Part shown: positions 38,630 to 51,600 of the stretch, piece after piece
Layout: each line of letters begins with the position of its first letter
Numbering within the stretch: position 1 is the first letter of the stretch
Assembly (NCBI RefSeq): GCF_000150275.1
Contig: NW_002060947.1
Coordinates: 7,797,880 to 7,861,879, forward strand
Direction: 5' to 3'
From: Trichoplax adhaerens
Lineage: Eukaryota > Animalia > Placozoa
DNA: 64,000 nt
The notes under the pieces: model-generated
What the model saw: only the letters and a program-made list of their open reading frames with translations
Database searches by the model: none
What the model was told of the DNA's origin: nothing
Program-made: the position numbers and the translations under genes

Positions 38630-39240
38630 AATTCATCTAAGATTACATCATTCTAGCTAATATGAAAACTCCGATTCACATTGATTAAAAATTGAACTGA
38701 ATTATGTCAGTAATAAGAGTAAGGCCGACGGATACATAAAAACAAAATTTAACTACAATATTAAATCCTTCCTATATAGTATTATTCTAGCTAATGTGGA
38801 AAATTCCTATTCACATTGTTTAAAAATTGAAACTAATTACATCAGCGAAGGGAGTAAGGTAGTGAAAGCATAAAAAATGCAAGTGCAAAGGCTATTATCA
38901 GAAACACGATAGAATATAATTATAAAATAAAACCCATCCAATATAGTATTATTCTAGCTTATATGGAAAATTAATATTCATATCGATTGGGAACTGAGCT
39001 TGATTACGTCAGTAAAGGGAATAAGGCAGTGGACGCATGAAAAATAGAGAGACAAATTGTTTCCATCAGAAACGCCACCGAACACAACTGCAACATAAAA
39101 TTCATCTAATATAGCATTATTTTAGCTAATATGGAAAACTTATATCGATAGCGATCAATTAAAATCTGAAATTGATCACATCAGCAAAGGGAGTAAGGTA
39201 GTGGATGGATGCACAAAAAATGAGAAGGATAAAGGCTGTC
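38630..39240. repeat. Diverged tandem repeat, 4 copies of ~135-170 bp
   Basis: TTCTAGCT(A/T)AT(A/G)TG(G/A)AAA...TCAG.AA.(G/A)GGAGTAAGG (minor variants) recurs at ~38650, 38784, 38951 and 39119. Confidence 0.85.
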
Positions 39241-42200
39241 ACCAGTAACTCGATATGATCTTAAAGGGTGAAAAATTCAGACAGACGTTTGCAATTAGGC
39301 GAAATTAATTAAAAGATTGGTTTTGAATTAGTACTTTTAGTCAAATTTATAAAAAATAATCACTCAATGTAGGGGAAAGAAGGAAGGAAGGAATAAATAC
39401 TGTTGAAAATCTTTAAAATCAAATGTAATTTGAAGTCGCCAATTGAAATTAGTCAAGTCTGCTGCTTGATCAATAATAACAACAGCTTTTCCAACAATAA
39501 CACCATTTCTAATTGGGTGGATTGAAAGGGTACAATAACAACTTATTGATAAATGATTATAAAGTAGGTGTAGTTTTCAGTTTGATAAGCAATAGCCATC
39601 ATAAAATTTTAATTAGACTGTTTAAGAAAGACTAGGAAAGGGATGAGACGTAATCACCTTTTCAAATTGCTATCGCGGTGATATAATTTGTAATAGACAA
39701 GAAAGCAGTATTCTATTAGGGTTACATAGTCCATTACACGATGGTAAATGATGCCCTTCGTTTTCCATGCTATTCATAAACAGGAATAATTTTATAATAT
39801 TTTTATCATGTACGATAGTATAATTAGGCTATTCTAAGTGCTATACTATTGATTAATAGATCGAATTGTGTTTCTCAAGACAGAAATTACACTTTTCTAA
39901 TCTTGTAAATCAGCCAGGGCTTGGATTTAGTAATATTGATAATTATATATGAATAGCTTTATATCGATATCTCAACATTTACTAAATAACAATCGCTTCT
40001 GTGACTATCAGGACATCTACAATATTGCTTGATTTTTATAATTTTTGTAAACCTTCTATGCCCTAATTACACGGAATTTTCTTAACTATTTTTTTATAAT
40101 TTATGGTATTGGTGGAATTGATGGTAGCAAAATCTAAAATGGAATAGATTTATGGCAGTTCCTATAACACTGACTAAAAATGAGATATGAAAGAGAATTA
40201 AGCAACTCCTTCCCAGATTACATTAAATTTTTTTGTAAGGATAATTCCCAAGCAGTAAGAAAAAGTGAGAAAAGATTTAATCTTCATCTATAAACTATTA
40301 AGTAGGGCAGCTTTACGTCTTGAATTTATCAAAATCGCGCATTGTAAACTGAAATTTTAACTTCGATTATGGCTAAAATGTGTAATTAAATCAATTTAAA
40401 CAAGATAGCTTAAAAGACATTTTGCAATTCTTTTCCAGTTTAAATTGCATAGGTTATTACTACAGTATTAGGTCATAACAAAGGAAGACATCTAAGTAGT
40501 TCAGAACGAGTAAGATTAATACCAAAGATATCAATTTAATCCAAAATCTGAAATTTCTAATAATTTAAAGTATAAATATCTAACGTTTGATAGCGAAAGA
40601 AATCAAGGTTGACAAGAATTAGGCTCCGATTGACCTAATGAAATTTTTTGAAGAGGATAAACTGAAAGAGCTTTCATATCGGTATTTCTAGATTATATTT
40701 ATTATCATAGCAATAAAACGAAAATGAGCGGTAATAAAACAATACCTGAAAAATTTTCCACAAATGCATGAATTTAATCTCGAAATTTCCAAAGAATAAA
40801 CTGACTGGAGCATCGGGATATACTTGTATATTGCTGGAAATCTTGCAGTGCAAGCAACCTGTAATGATAAAACTCGGGTCAATATAATATAGTAATAATG
40901 TTAATGTAAAAGGTGGCATTACATTTTTATACTGCTACGATTACAATATTTAGCATCAAGAGATATAATATAAAGATTTACCGAAGACTCATGATGATGT
41001 CATAGACGGTATCAAGAATTTATTTCGTAGCAACTTAAATAAAATTTATTTAACTAACAACATACTACATTTATTTTTCCTGGACCGAATCAATAAGTAT
41101 AAAGAAACATACCGTGGATATCATTCAGCAACCCATGACGACTAATAAGATTATGATATCAAGTGAATCAATCTGGAAAGAAATAATCAAGTTGATAGAG
41201 ATGAAGCTTCTTAAAGTTGCACGGATTAGGACGGAGAGAATTCAGCAAATTGGAATATTTCCAATAACAATTAATATAAATGTGGAAGCAGATGAATTGA
41301 TCGGTTTTATCGAATAAAATAGAAATAGTGAAGGGAACATATTGTATACGTATACCCTATAGGAGAAGATACAATTTTATGCCAACGATGGCTCGTTAAA
41401 CAAGTAACAGAAAGCATAATGATTACTAATGGCTTATTATTGAACTTCTAATTTGATGCTACTCAATGTTTCTGTAAATTATATTCTTTTCTTATTCATT
41501 TGGATTTAATCAAATACATGTCTAGATTAAATAAAATTCCACTTAACTCGTAAGTGATAGGACAGCGTCGCTAATTAATACGGTAGCTATTATATTAATA
41601 TGCTAATCATTCTTAAATAGATCAAAATATCAAGTGCTACTACAATTGTTGGAAAGGAAGGGATGAGATTGGATGAAGAATTAGTAATTAAATTGTTTGA
41701 TGTATATATACGTAGAACTGGAAGTGTTAGTAAGATTTGAATAAATGATAACAGCGTCTATAGACGCAAAATGGCAACGAATTGAAAAGTAGACGGAAGT
41801 TGGCCTATTCAAACGCCTAAAAATTATCGACAAAAGCTAGATATAAAGCACTTGTAGTGTCAAAAGAATGCAATTTATAATTTGATGTTGTGTTGAACTA
41901 ATATTAGTCTGATTTAAATTATTCAGGTGATTACGGGTAGCAACTCACCTACTAAGCATGTTAATTATATCTTGTATAAATTCGTTTGTTAGGCTTCGTT
42001 ATATAAGTCATGGGATAATGATGGCATACTGCAATAAGATTTCATAGTTAGATTAATACAAATATAAACAGGATTATTGATCCGTAGTTTACCTAACCAT
42101 TTCAGTGAATCTTGCTATTTTAGCACAAACTTTCAAAAATTATACAAACTCTGGTGTAGATATGAATTAGTTTAAATGAATAGGTTATTAAATCATAGTC

Positions 42201-45200
42201 TACAATTGCTTTATTAAGCATAACTGACAATTCTCCATAAAGTGCTATATTTCATATTACTACCATGCTTTTAGAATACAACTACTTTAATTAGCTAAAA
42301 TCAATACACCTTTAATTTGCTATTTTTACTTAATTCTATCGGATTAAAGACATATCGTTGCATATAAAATTTAATGTGCCCTTTCGATTTGTTCCGAATT
42401 ATGAACTACTTCGTCTAATTTGTTATGATATAATTCACTATCTTGCAAGTAAATTTCAGTAATACAGGGTTAAATATTTGCATAATTGGATAATTAGTCA
42501 TTAGGATACTCAAAAACTAGTAGAATTACAAGCAAAAATCTTGCAAACGTTTATTACTTCACTTATAATAAGATTAAAAAATATTTTCGAATTCAATCTA
42601 CATGAAAAGCAAAAGATTAATTATATTTATTAGCCGAGGGCTATCTTTATACTAAATACTTAACCAATGATACGCTCCGGTGTTTTAATCTATTATAAAA
42701 TATTCGGTTATCTTCGTAATCGAGAATATGGACCATTATTACTTAACTAAACTTGCCTAATCTAAACTAATTAGATTTTCCTAGATAAGTAACAATAATT
42801 AAGAAATGCACTTTCGGAATCTTCTAACTATATCTTTATTCTATAAAATACAAGTCTAATTTAATATTCAAAATCGATCATTTAAATAGCTTTTCTAGCC
42901 ATAAAACCGGTTTGCGATGTGTGATATATTTCGACCAATAAGACTTCGTGAATACATTAAATTATTTCTAGTCTAATCCAATGAATTTTTAATATTACTA
43001 TAGACTATATGTTTTCTCTAGCTTATAATTAATAAAATTTATATTGAATTTACCATTGACAATTCATATACTATATTTAGTATAATTTAATCGGTATTAG
43101 GAACAGGTTTGTATCGGCTATATTAAGACGTAAAATAATTCATGCACATACCCAAATTAATAACTATCTTATCGTGATACATATGCATGTCTAAATTAAG
43201 TAAGATATCATTCATCACGGTAGATTCACTACCGTGACAGACTATATACGTATATGGCTAGATATTAAACGATATTAGTATTCCAATATTAATTTGATTT
43301 GATGAAACCTGATATTGGGTAGAAAATAAATAATTAAATAGTCTTGAGATTCTATTTCTAAGAGATAGAAAACTGACTACCATTTAGGAATCAACATATT
43401 GTATTGTACATACTAACTGTACAGTAGTGCGTATATTAATTACTTGTATAAATTTTACAGCAAATGTGAAACCAAGTAAACTTCGTATATGTTACGGATC
43501 AATGCTATTATCTTTACGATTTGTGTTCCGAGAGTAGCTGGTAAAAATTAATCTTTTTATTCATCAAGTTGTGCTTATATACTTCTACTAATAACACAAC
43601 ATGCCATCATGATACGCGAACTTCTCTATCTAAATTTAGGACTATGATTTAAGCTATGCTGTCTCATATAATAAAATCTTACACAGCCATATTAAGAGTT
43701 ACACACAATTATACATTAATATCAAATCTCACTCATCTAACTTACTGTATAGTTGTAATTACTTAATCTTTAAAATACTGTGTATATCATCATACACTAA
43801 TTACTAGTATAAATCTTGCAGTAAATTCCAATTGAACTGTGCATATTATTTTATTGCAGATTATTTTACAGAAATACGTATACTACCTGTAATTAATAGA
43901 ATAATATTTATAGTAGATGTGGATTGAACTACATATTCAATCTTATTACAGATTGGTTTCAATTTTCGAATTCACTTTAATCTTTATTGTAGAGTTAAGC
44001 TAAATCTTAGCTGGCGTGTAATATCATTAGAGAACAAGGAAAAAGTAATTAGAGTAGTGGTAATGAAGACATATAAATTGCAAAACAAGTTGTATTGAAA
44101 TTCTTGCAGATAATTTCAGTTGGTCTAATTTACATTACATATTGTAATTAATATAAGTGCTACACAATTTCATAAATCTGCAATGATTTTTAAGCTTTTT
44201 TGTTAAAGATTTCTATAAGTTTTTACTTCAAAGTCAAAACAGTAAATTTGGAAGTAGCGGTACTTTAAGTTTTAAACCATAAACAATCTCAGTGCAAAAG
44301 AAAATCAATGTCATCATGGACGAATGTAAACTACAATCACCTTGTACAACAAAAGGGTAGATAAATTATGTGCTTATCCTGCGTTTTTGTTTTTTAATTT
44401 CTTTCGGGCTGGGAGGCTTTATCTATGAGTATATTATAAATTAGTATATGGTAACAGTACATTGGAAATAGATTGTCATTGATGCTGACTAATTGTTTTC
44501 ATCTAACCCTTCAGAGTATCTTTTTATTAATAGCATAGGAATGATAATAGAAGAGAAAAATGTCAATATTATTAGTAATATGTATAATTAACTAGCCAGG
44601 TGCATAAGCCAATTGCAGATTGTTTTTTCCTCGCCAATCAACTTACTATTGTTCACTTTAAATTGATTTGGTTGCACTTTAGACTTTTCCAAATTTTTAT
44701 CCATTCAAATAAACAAAAATAACAAACAACAACAATGAAAAAATAAGAATACCTAAGAACAAAAATAAATTCATAATATTGCAACGACAAATGGATGTTG
44801 ATCTAATTGTTATGACATAATTCCTAGCGTATTTTCCTCAAAAATTGGCAACTGATCGAACGTTAGATGATAGTAATGCAGCTAAATCAAGTTTAGCAGA
44901 TTGCCGATGGCATGAAATATGCATACACAAGGGTAAAATTAAATGCAAAATGTAAAGGAATTATCATTTAAGATGGATTATTGAATTAACTCGGCTAAAT
45001 GTAACCTACATTCAGTGACTAGAAAAGGAATAAGAATTATTTTTTTGTCTCTTAAAATGAATTAGAATATAGTAGAGACCATCGATTATTTTAAAACCAA
45101 TTTAATTTGTCAAATTTATTCGTAATATTGCATTAAGAAATTCGTTATTGGATCTTTATTAAGTGGTGTAGGCGATTATTGAATGTGTTCGTGCCATAAA

Positions 45201-47394
45201 CTTACTCTTGCGAACTGACTCAATAGTTACAGTTGATATTATCGTATTGAGTCAAAACTATTTTATTAATGCTACTATATGGTAGAGAAGATTATCTGCA
45301 AAGTACGGTGAATTGTAAATAACGTACTGAGCTAGCATTTGCTTGCTCTTTCTTATAGATTCTTGCTGTAGTCTGGCGGTGCAAATTTGCCTGTCGTCTA
45401 ATATCATCGATTAACTAATCTCAAATCTCTATCAAAGATGAGCAATGCAATCTAAATGAATTATCAAAATTTACGTCGTACAGAGATAACTTTAGAACAG
45501 TTCATAAGCCATCGGATATACTTTCTGTTATATCGATTTAATAAACAATCCTAAGCTATTCAATCTAATTTAAAAATCGAATTCTCATAAATATTATTTG
45601 CTATTGAATTTAGTTTGCTAACAACTATTCGTAGTCAACAATGCCTAATATTGGTAAGCAAGCTTCTTTTCATATTAGTATCGCTACTAGATCTATTATT
45701 AGAAACTCAACTATATCAAAAATAGCCGCCTACACGATCAAATTTGCAGTGATTCACGTAGTATCACCAAAATACAAAAGATATTTCTTGGATATCGTTT
45801 GAATAATTATCATCGGATAATATATGTTACTAGTAAAGGTATTAATGGCAGCCTTCTCCTAGAATATATATTCTAATATTAATACCTCTTGATTATTTTG
45901 TATAATGAAGCCCTTAAGGTAACGTAATTATGTAGTGATAGCTGAATACATATGATAATGTAATCATAAAATCAAGCAAAGACTAGAAAGCATTTTATCT
46001 AAACTTTGAATAGCGTTAAGCCCCTAGATGCTGTTGTTAATTAAATAATAAACGTTAATTCCCCTAGATCGTTTACTGGCTGTACACACATACGATTTGG
46101 AAGCATTTCTTTCTGGGCTATTTTAAATAATAGAAACCCTCATGGATATGGTCATTAATGTGATAGATAGTAATCTGCGAATACATTTACCGTATACTCA
46201 TTGAATACAGTACATAGAATAGCACAGCATCCATTTCTTTCGATACTGCTTTAAATAATGAAAATCCTCCTCATGTATTATGTTATTAAATAGATAAAGA
46301 CAAAATACAGTAATTTTTGATATGATTATAGACAAATATATATTGAAACCTAGCTGACGCCTAATGAACATAAATTTTTTTCTATGTGATAAACAGGAGG
46401 CTTTTTATAGGATCTCTTTCATAAGAGCTGCTTCTACAAAATATGGCGCTATAATAGATTGATTTATTTGTTTTTATATTTATTTCATTCAAGATACTCT
46501 CGCGATCTATTTCAGTTATAGTCTGCACGAATTGAACGCACATAGTCAATTGTTGAATAGTTTTAGAACATATAATATCTCATTTAATCTTAATTTACGG
46601 TATCCAATTTCTATAACTTACTTTCACGGGTGCGGTGTTAATCTGATCGATTATAATTCACTCATTACAAATAGATTAGACTTTGAGAACTTTTAAAAAA
46701 TATTATTATAAGGTCAAAATTCGATAGAACTCGCAAAGTTTCAGTACCAGATATCCAAAAAGCCAAGAAACTGTAACCCCTATAGCACTATCAATGTTAA
46801 TTAATTTTTTTTAGCAGATACTTCATTTAATCATATTAAACTTAATGAAATCCCCTTTGCAAAAGTATTACAGCCACTTAAAACTGGCAATATTCAATTT
46901 AAACTATTAATTAGAGGTCTTTTTGATATGTCCTCTCATTTAAGATATTATAGATCAATTTTAAATATTCAACAATAGTGTGATAAAACAGATCACGAAA
47001 TTCCAGGAATTGTATAATATTAGATCTCTATTAGATCTTCATATGATGATAATCTGTACGTAGTTCTAATCTGGCTGAATACAACGACTAGAAAGATTTT
47101 TAGATAGCACCATCGAATAGCCTACAATTATCTGCTTATACACTCTTGGCAAATAAGAACTTTACTTGGTCTTTATAAAAGATAATCCGTATACAGCACG
47201 ATCTTAGCTGAATACAGCTATCAGAACGACTTTTATAAGGAACTACCAAATAATCTACAGTTCTTGATTATATGCTTTTCCCAAATTTTACAGCTATAAT
47301 CGTTTTGGCAATATTCTACACTATTATAAAATTATTTAGGTTCTGATTAACGATACATGCTACGGCGAATTATTTACAGGTTATTAAGGTAACA

Positions 47395-47988
47395 GCTATA
47401 GTATTTACTATATAAAAGGTCATCTGCATTCTAGCATAGAATTCTCAATTTATGTTATATAATTATGAGCTAATACATATACTCTATGATAAATAGAGTA
47501 AGCTACGTTACCATACATACCAAACATGCCCAACAATCTACAATTCAATATTATGTTCGGTTATATTTAGATAACATGAAATAGTAATCAACCGCTAGAT
47601 TATTGCACGCACAATTTATCATAACAGTTTCAAATCATTATTACAATATTTAATGGTTACTGGATTCTATTTAGCGTCATATTTTTAAATTTGATCATAG
47701 GGCTGTGTGCGAAACAATTCTAAATTCTTGAATGAACTCAACTATAGTATTTATGTAGATATTCTCATCGACTAATCTCAACATTCTATTCCATATAGTA
47801 GCCAACATAAAATCTTTATTTTGGTGCATGATTTCGAACTACTATATATACTCTATCATGAATAGGGTCAGCTACGCTACCGTACATCACAATAAATGTG
47901 GCCGATAATTTTCAACCCAATGCTAAATTAGGTTACATACCTGTAAAATAAAGTTGCAATCAACCGTTAGATTATGTACGCACAATTA
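47395..47988. repeat. Diverged ~350-380 bp tandem duplication running into the assembly gap
   Basis: CTATAGTATTTA, ATATACTCTAT...AGCTACG(T/C)TACC(A/G)TACAT and AATCAACCG(C/T)TAGATTAT...ACGCACAATT each occur twice. The second copy ends at the Ns. Confidence 0.8.
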
Positions 47989-48070
47989 NNNNNNNNNNNN
48001 NNNNNNNNNNNNNNNNNNNNNNNNNNNNNNNNNNNNNNNNNNNNNNNNNNNNNNNNNNNNNNNNNNNNNN
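47989..48070. other. Assembly gap (82 N)
   Basis: Run of n characters in the sequence. Confidence 1.
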
Positions 48071-48602
48071 CATTTACGGATAAAATTATACAGTACACAA
48101 TTAAATCAATTTCTTTATTTTACAAAATCCGTCCCAGCTTAATTTAGTAAAATGCATGTTCCTAGCTTTATCAGTTATGATAGTACACCCATATTCTACT
48201 CGAAGAGAGATGTTTCTTAAATAATATAGAGAACATAACTGCTTTCGGCTCGTAAAACAATGCCTGGATTAAAGGCCTAATTTAACAAAGATTATTAATT
48301 GACGTAACTTAGATAGTTTCAAATAAATGGACTACTTAACATATCCTTACTATCGGCAATATAGATAAAAAATGGAACAACCGCCTAGTTAAATACACAT
48401 AAACTGCAATATCACTTTAGAATAAAGTCGCTTCATTATAGTAACATTAATAATTTTGATAATTTTTCACAGAATATTTAAGGATGACGAACTAGTACAA
48501 GGTGATAGGGAGACAACACTTTGACATAAATAAACTAAGAAATTATCATTCTTTAATGATAGCATAATTTGATATTGTTAATTAATAAGAAATTATCTTT
48601 AA

Positions 48603-51600
48603 TTAGTTTAATGGCTGATGTTTCCGTCGTCTTGGAGTACGATAGCGACGATGAGGATTTGCATTAGCTGATGGAGTCTTGGGTGTGGTATGAACTTCAA
48701 CAGATTCTAATATTATAGAGAAATTTTATATCATAAAATCAGTTTAATGCTCGTGTTATAGGCTAACTTTTGTACAGTTGTCGTACCACAGTTTCCATAA
48801 AATAACTTATTTAGGAATAAGTTCATATAAATTTATCTATGACGTTATATATTATAATTTTAATAGATAAATGCATAGTTTTACATTATCATCTATGCAT
48901 TAATAATTAATGTTTATATCGATTTAGAAAAGCATTTATATTAATTTATCAATGACTTTATGCATACTTTTAATAGATAACTGCGTAGTTTCATATTATT
49001 ATCTATGTATTGACAACTAATGTTTATATCGATTTAGGAATGTGTTCATACTAATTTATCTATGGCGTTATCATACTTTTAATGAATAATTGGATAGTTT
49101 TATATTATTTATGTACTAATAATTAACATTATGTCGATTCATGAATTTGTTTATGTTAATCAATCCCGAACGATTTGCATATATTTTATAGATAACTGCA
49201 GTTTTTAATATTATCGATGTGGTGATAACTAATGTTTATGTCGATATTTTATAAATTAACTGATTTTCAATAAAGTTTGGATTAAACTTTGTCTGAAGAA
49301 AGAATAATGGTTATTTTCCTTTTGACGATAGCAGATTGTCAGTATTGTAGGTAGATGTCCGGCAGGACAAATCTGACAGTGGTCTCTTAATTTTACTTTT
49401 ATGCAGGGTCATAGTTCTTCCGTCGTTACAAATTTGGATTTTTAGTAGCTTATTATTGCCCTTTCGACTAGAGAAAATTTACTAAATCCTTGCTTATTAG
49501 ATGAATAAATGATAGCTTACCTAAACGATGAATTCGTCTAGTTTGTTGATATTTCCTTTTACCACGGTCGTATGTAATTAACTGTTTAATTCTATCATGA
49601 ATGACTTTATTGTCATCATCACTATTTTGCTCATCTTAAAGTAGATGTTATTAAACGTAAATATAAGATTACATCGATAAAAAATATCTAACGTAACTAT
49701 AAAATTAAGATAATAATATAAATAAATTATAGAATCTTTTTGGTACTAGTTAACTTACCCGATCTTACCACAGCATCTGAACTTTTAGCTTGATTTTCAT
49801 CCGCTTCGATCACCGTGCTTTCAACAGGTACTGAGGTAAGATCAATACTAACAGACTTATTCTCATCAGGAAGTTTATTTGCATGTACTTGGTAAATTGG
49901 ACTATCGTGAGCACTTTTATGTCTTTCTAATCGATGATCGCCTGTGGTTCAAAATTCAAACGAATGTAATGATAATATTTAGATGATGTTCATGCGTATG
50001 TAATAATCTACTTCTTAATTATTATTACTGGAGATTTAAATTAGTATAGAGAATTATCAACATAGCAACCAAGATTAAGAGATTTAATTTAATGAAAGGT
50101 TGAGATTTTTAATTTCTTGATCAATACAGTACAGCGAAGCTTACAGAAAATTTTCTATGAGTAAAACTATGGATAGGTTATGAAGGTATTTACCTGTTCT
50201 TGATGCTAATCTATTATGATCTTTTGGGCAAGAAAAATATTCTTCGTCTTTAGTTAATCAAGATTTTAGATATTTAGCGACAAGATCATGAAATCTTAAG
50301 AAATTTTTATTCAGTTTCTTATTTGAAACTTTTAGTTTGATAAATTATAATATAATTTAAACCTGTTCCCACTTTGGCTTGATTAATAACAGAATGATTG
50401 CACATATCAAGCAATTGTTGAGTCTCACTGCTTGTAAGATGGATAAATAAACCTTCATCTGGAAAAGATGAAAATTTTGAAATTAAAATTCATACAACTT
50501 GAAAAAAATTAATATATTTAGTTTGCTTAATTTATATTTACCTACTACATAAACAGAAAATCGTGATATCGTACATATAACCTTAATTAGCATTAATTAA
50601 CCTGATGGAGAATTAACCCGCGAATTCTTTTCCGATTTCGTATTTACATGGTCATCTTTTATTGAGAAGAGACTCATTTATTAATTTCCAGATTGCTGAG
50701 ATTAATCAGTCTATGATATATTATACTCGAAGTCTTTCTAACAGCAACTTAAAATTATAATGCGAAACCTTTACCTTTTTGTTTAAATTATGAAATATAA
50801 TTTCATTCTAACATTTTTCACTAAATAAAATCTTAAATCTTTATTGCGTATGTTTAGTAATTTAAACTAGGTTATCACTACCTGTGATTTTGCTACCACT
50901 TGTATTATGTTTCTTAAGAGATTTAGACTTCTTTTCAGCTAAGGATATGAAATGAAAATGCAAAATATAAATATACCACAACCACCAACAGTATTGGCTC
51001 TTTAAACGCTGCAACATTATCTTTAAAAATGACTTACCTTTACTATTGGTAGGATTATCATGATACGATAAATTTATTAGTGAAGAGTCTTCCGATGCTT
51101 GTTTATATTCATCCTCAAAGCTTACTATTGCCCAAGTAATATGAAATTAGATAAATAGGTTAGAGGATAGCATTATGATGATTTATATATTTAGCAATAA
51201 TGTTGGTTCTGATTTTTCCATCGTTTAAGTTGTTTATGCAATGAGGAATAATAAAATTGATCGATAGAAATAAAATTTTTCTCAAACTAACCAGTTCGCT
51301 TAGCGCGATCCTTAGAGAAACTTTGGGATTGTATATTTCTATTAATGGTCAAAGATTTCGATTTTCCTTCAGGCAGAAGACTTGCTGAGCCGGTCAAAGA
51401 TTGATTAGGAAGCTTCTCTTGGTTAGCATTATCGCGTTGATACTCAGGATTTGCTTGGATCGAGGTATCATAATCTGACATCTGTTTCAATTTTGTTAAA
51501 TTCTCTGCCGATCGGTTCTTCAAAATTGTTTTGGATGCCATTTGCTTTTGGTTTGATTTTGATAATATTGGGGTAGCTGGAGCTTTCTTAATAATTTTTT

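Noticed and set aside
47954-48142. ORF spanning the N run; possibility that the gap hides the Eph kinase domain
   Set aside because: The ORF is an artefact of the Ns. The Eph-like model reaches an in-frame stop at 48603 before the gap, and no kinase exons are seen on either side, although the true gap size is unknown.
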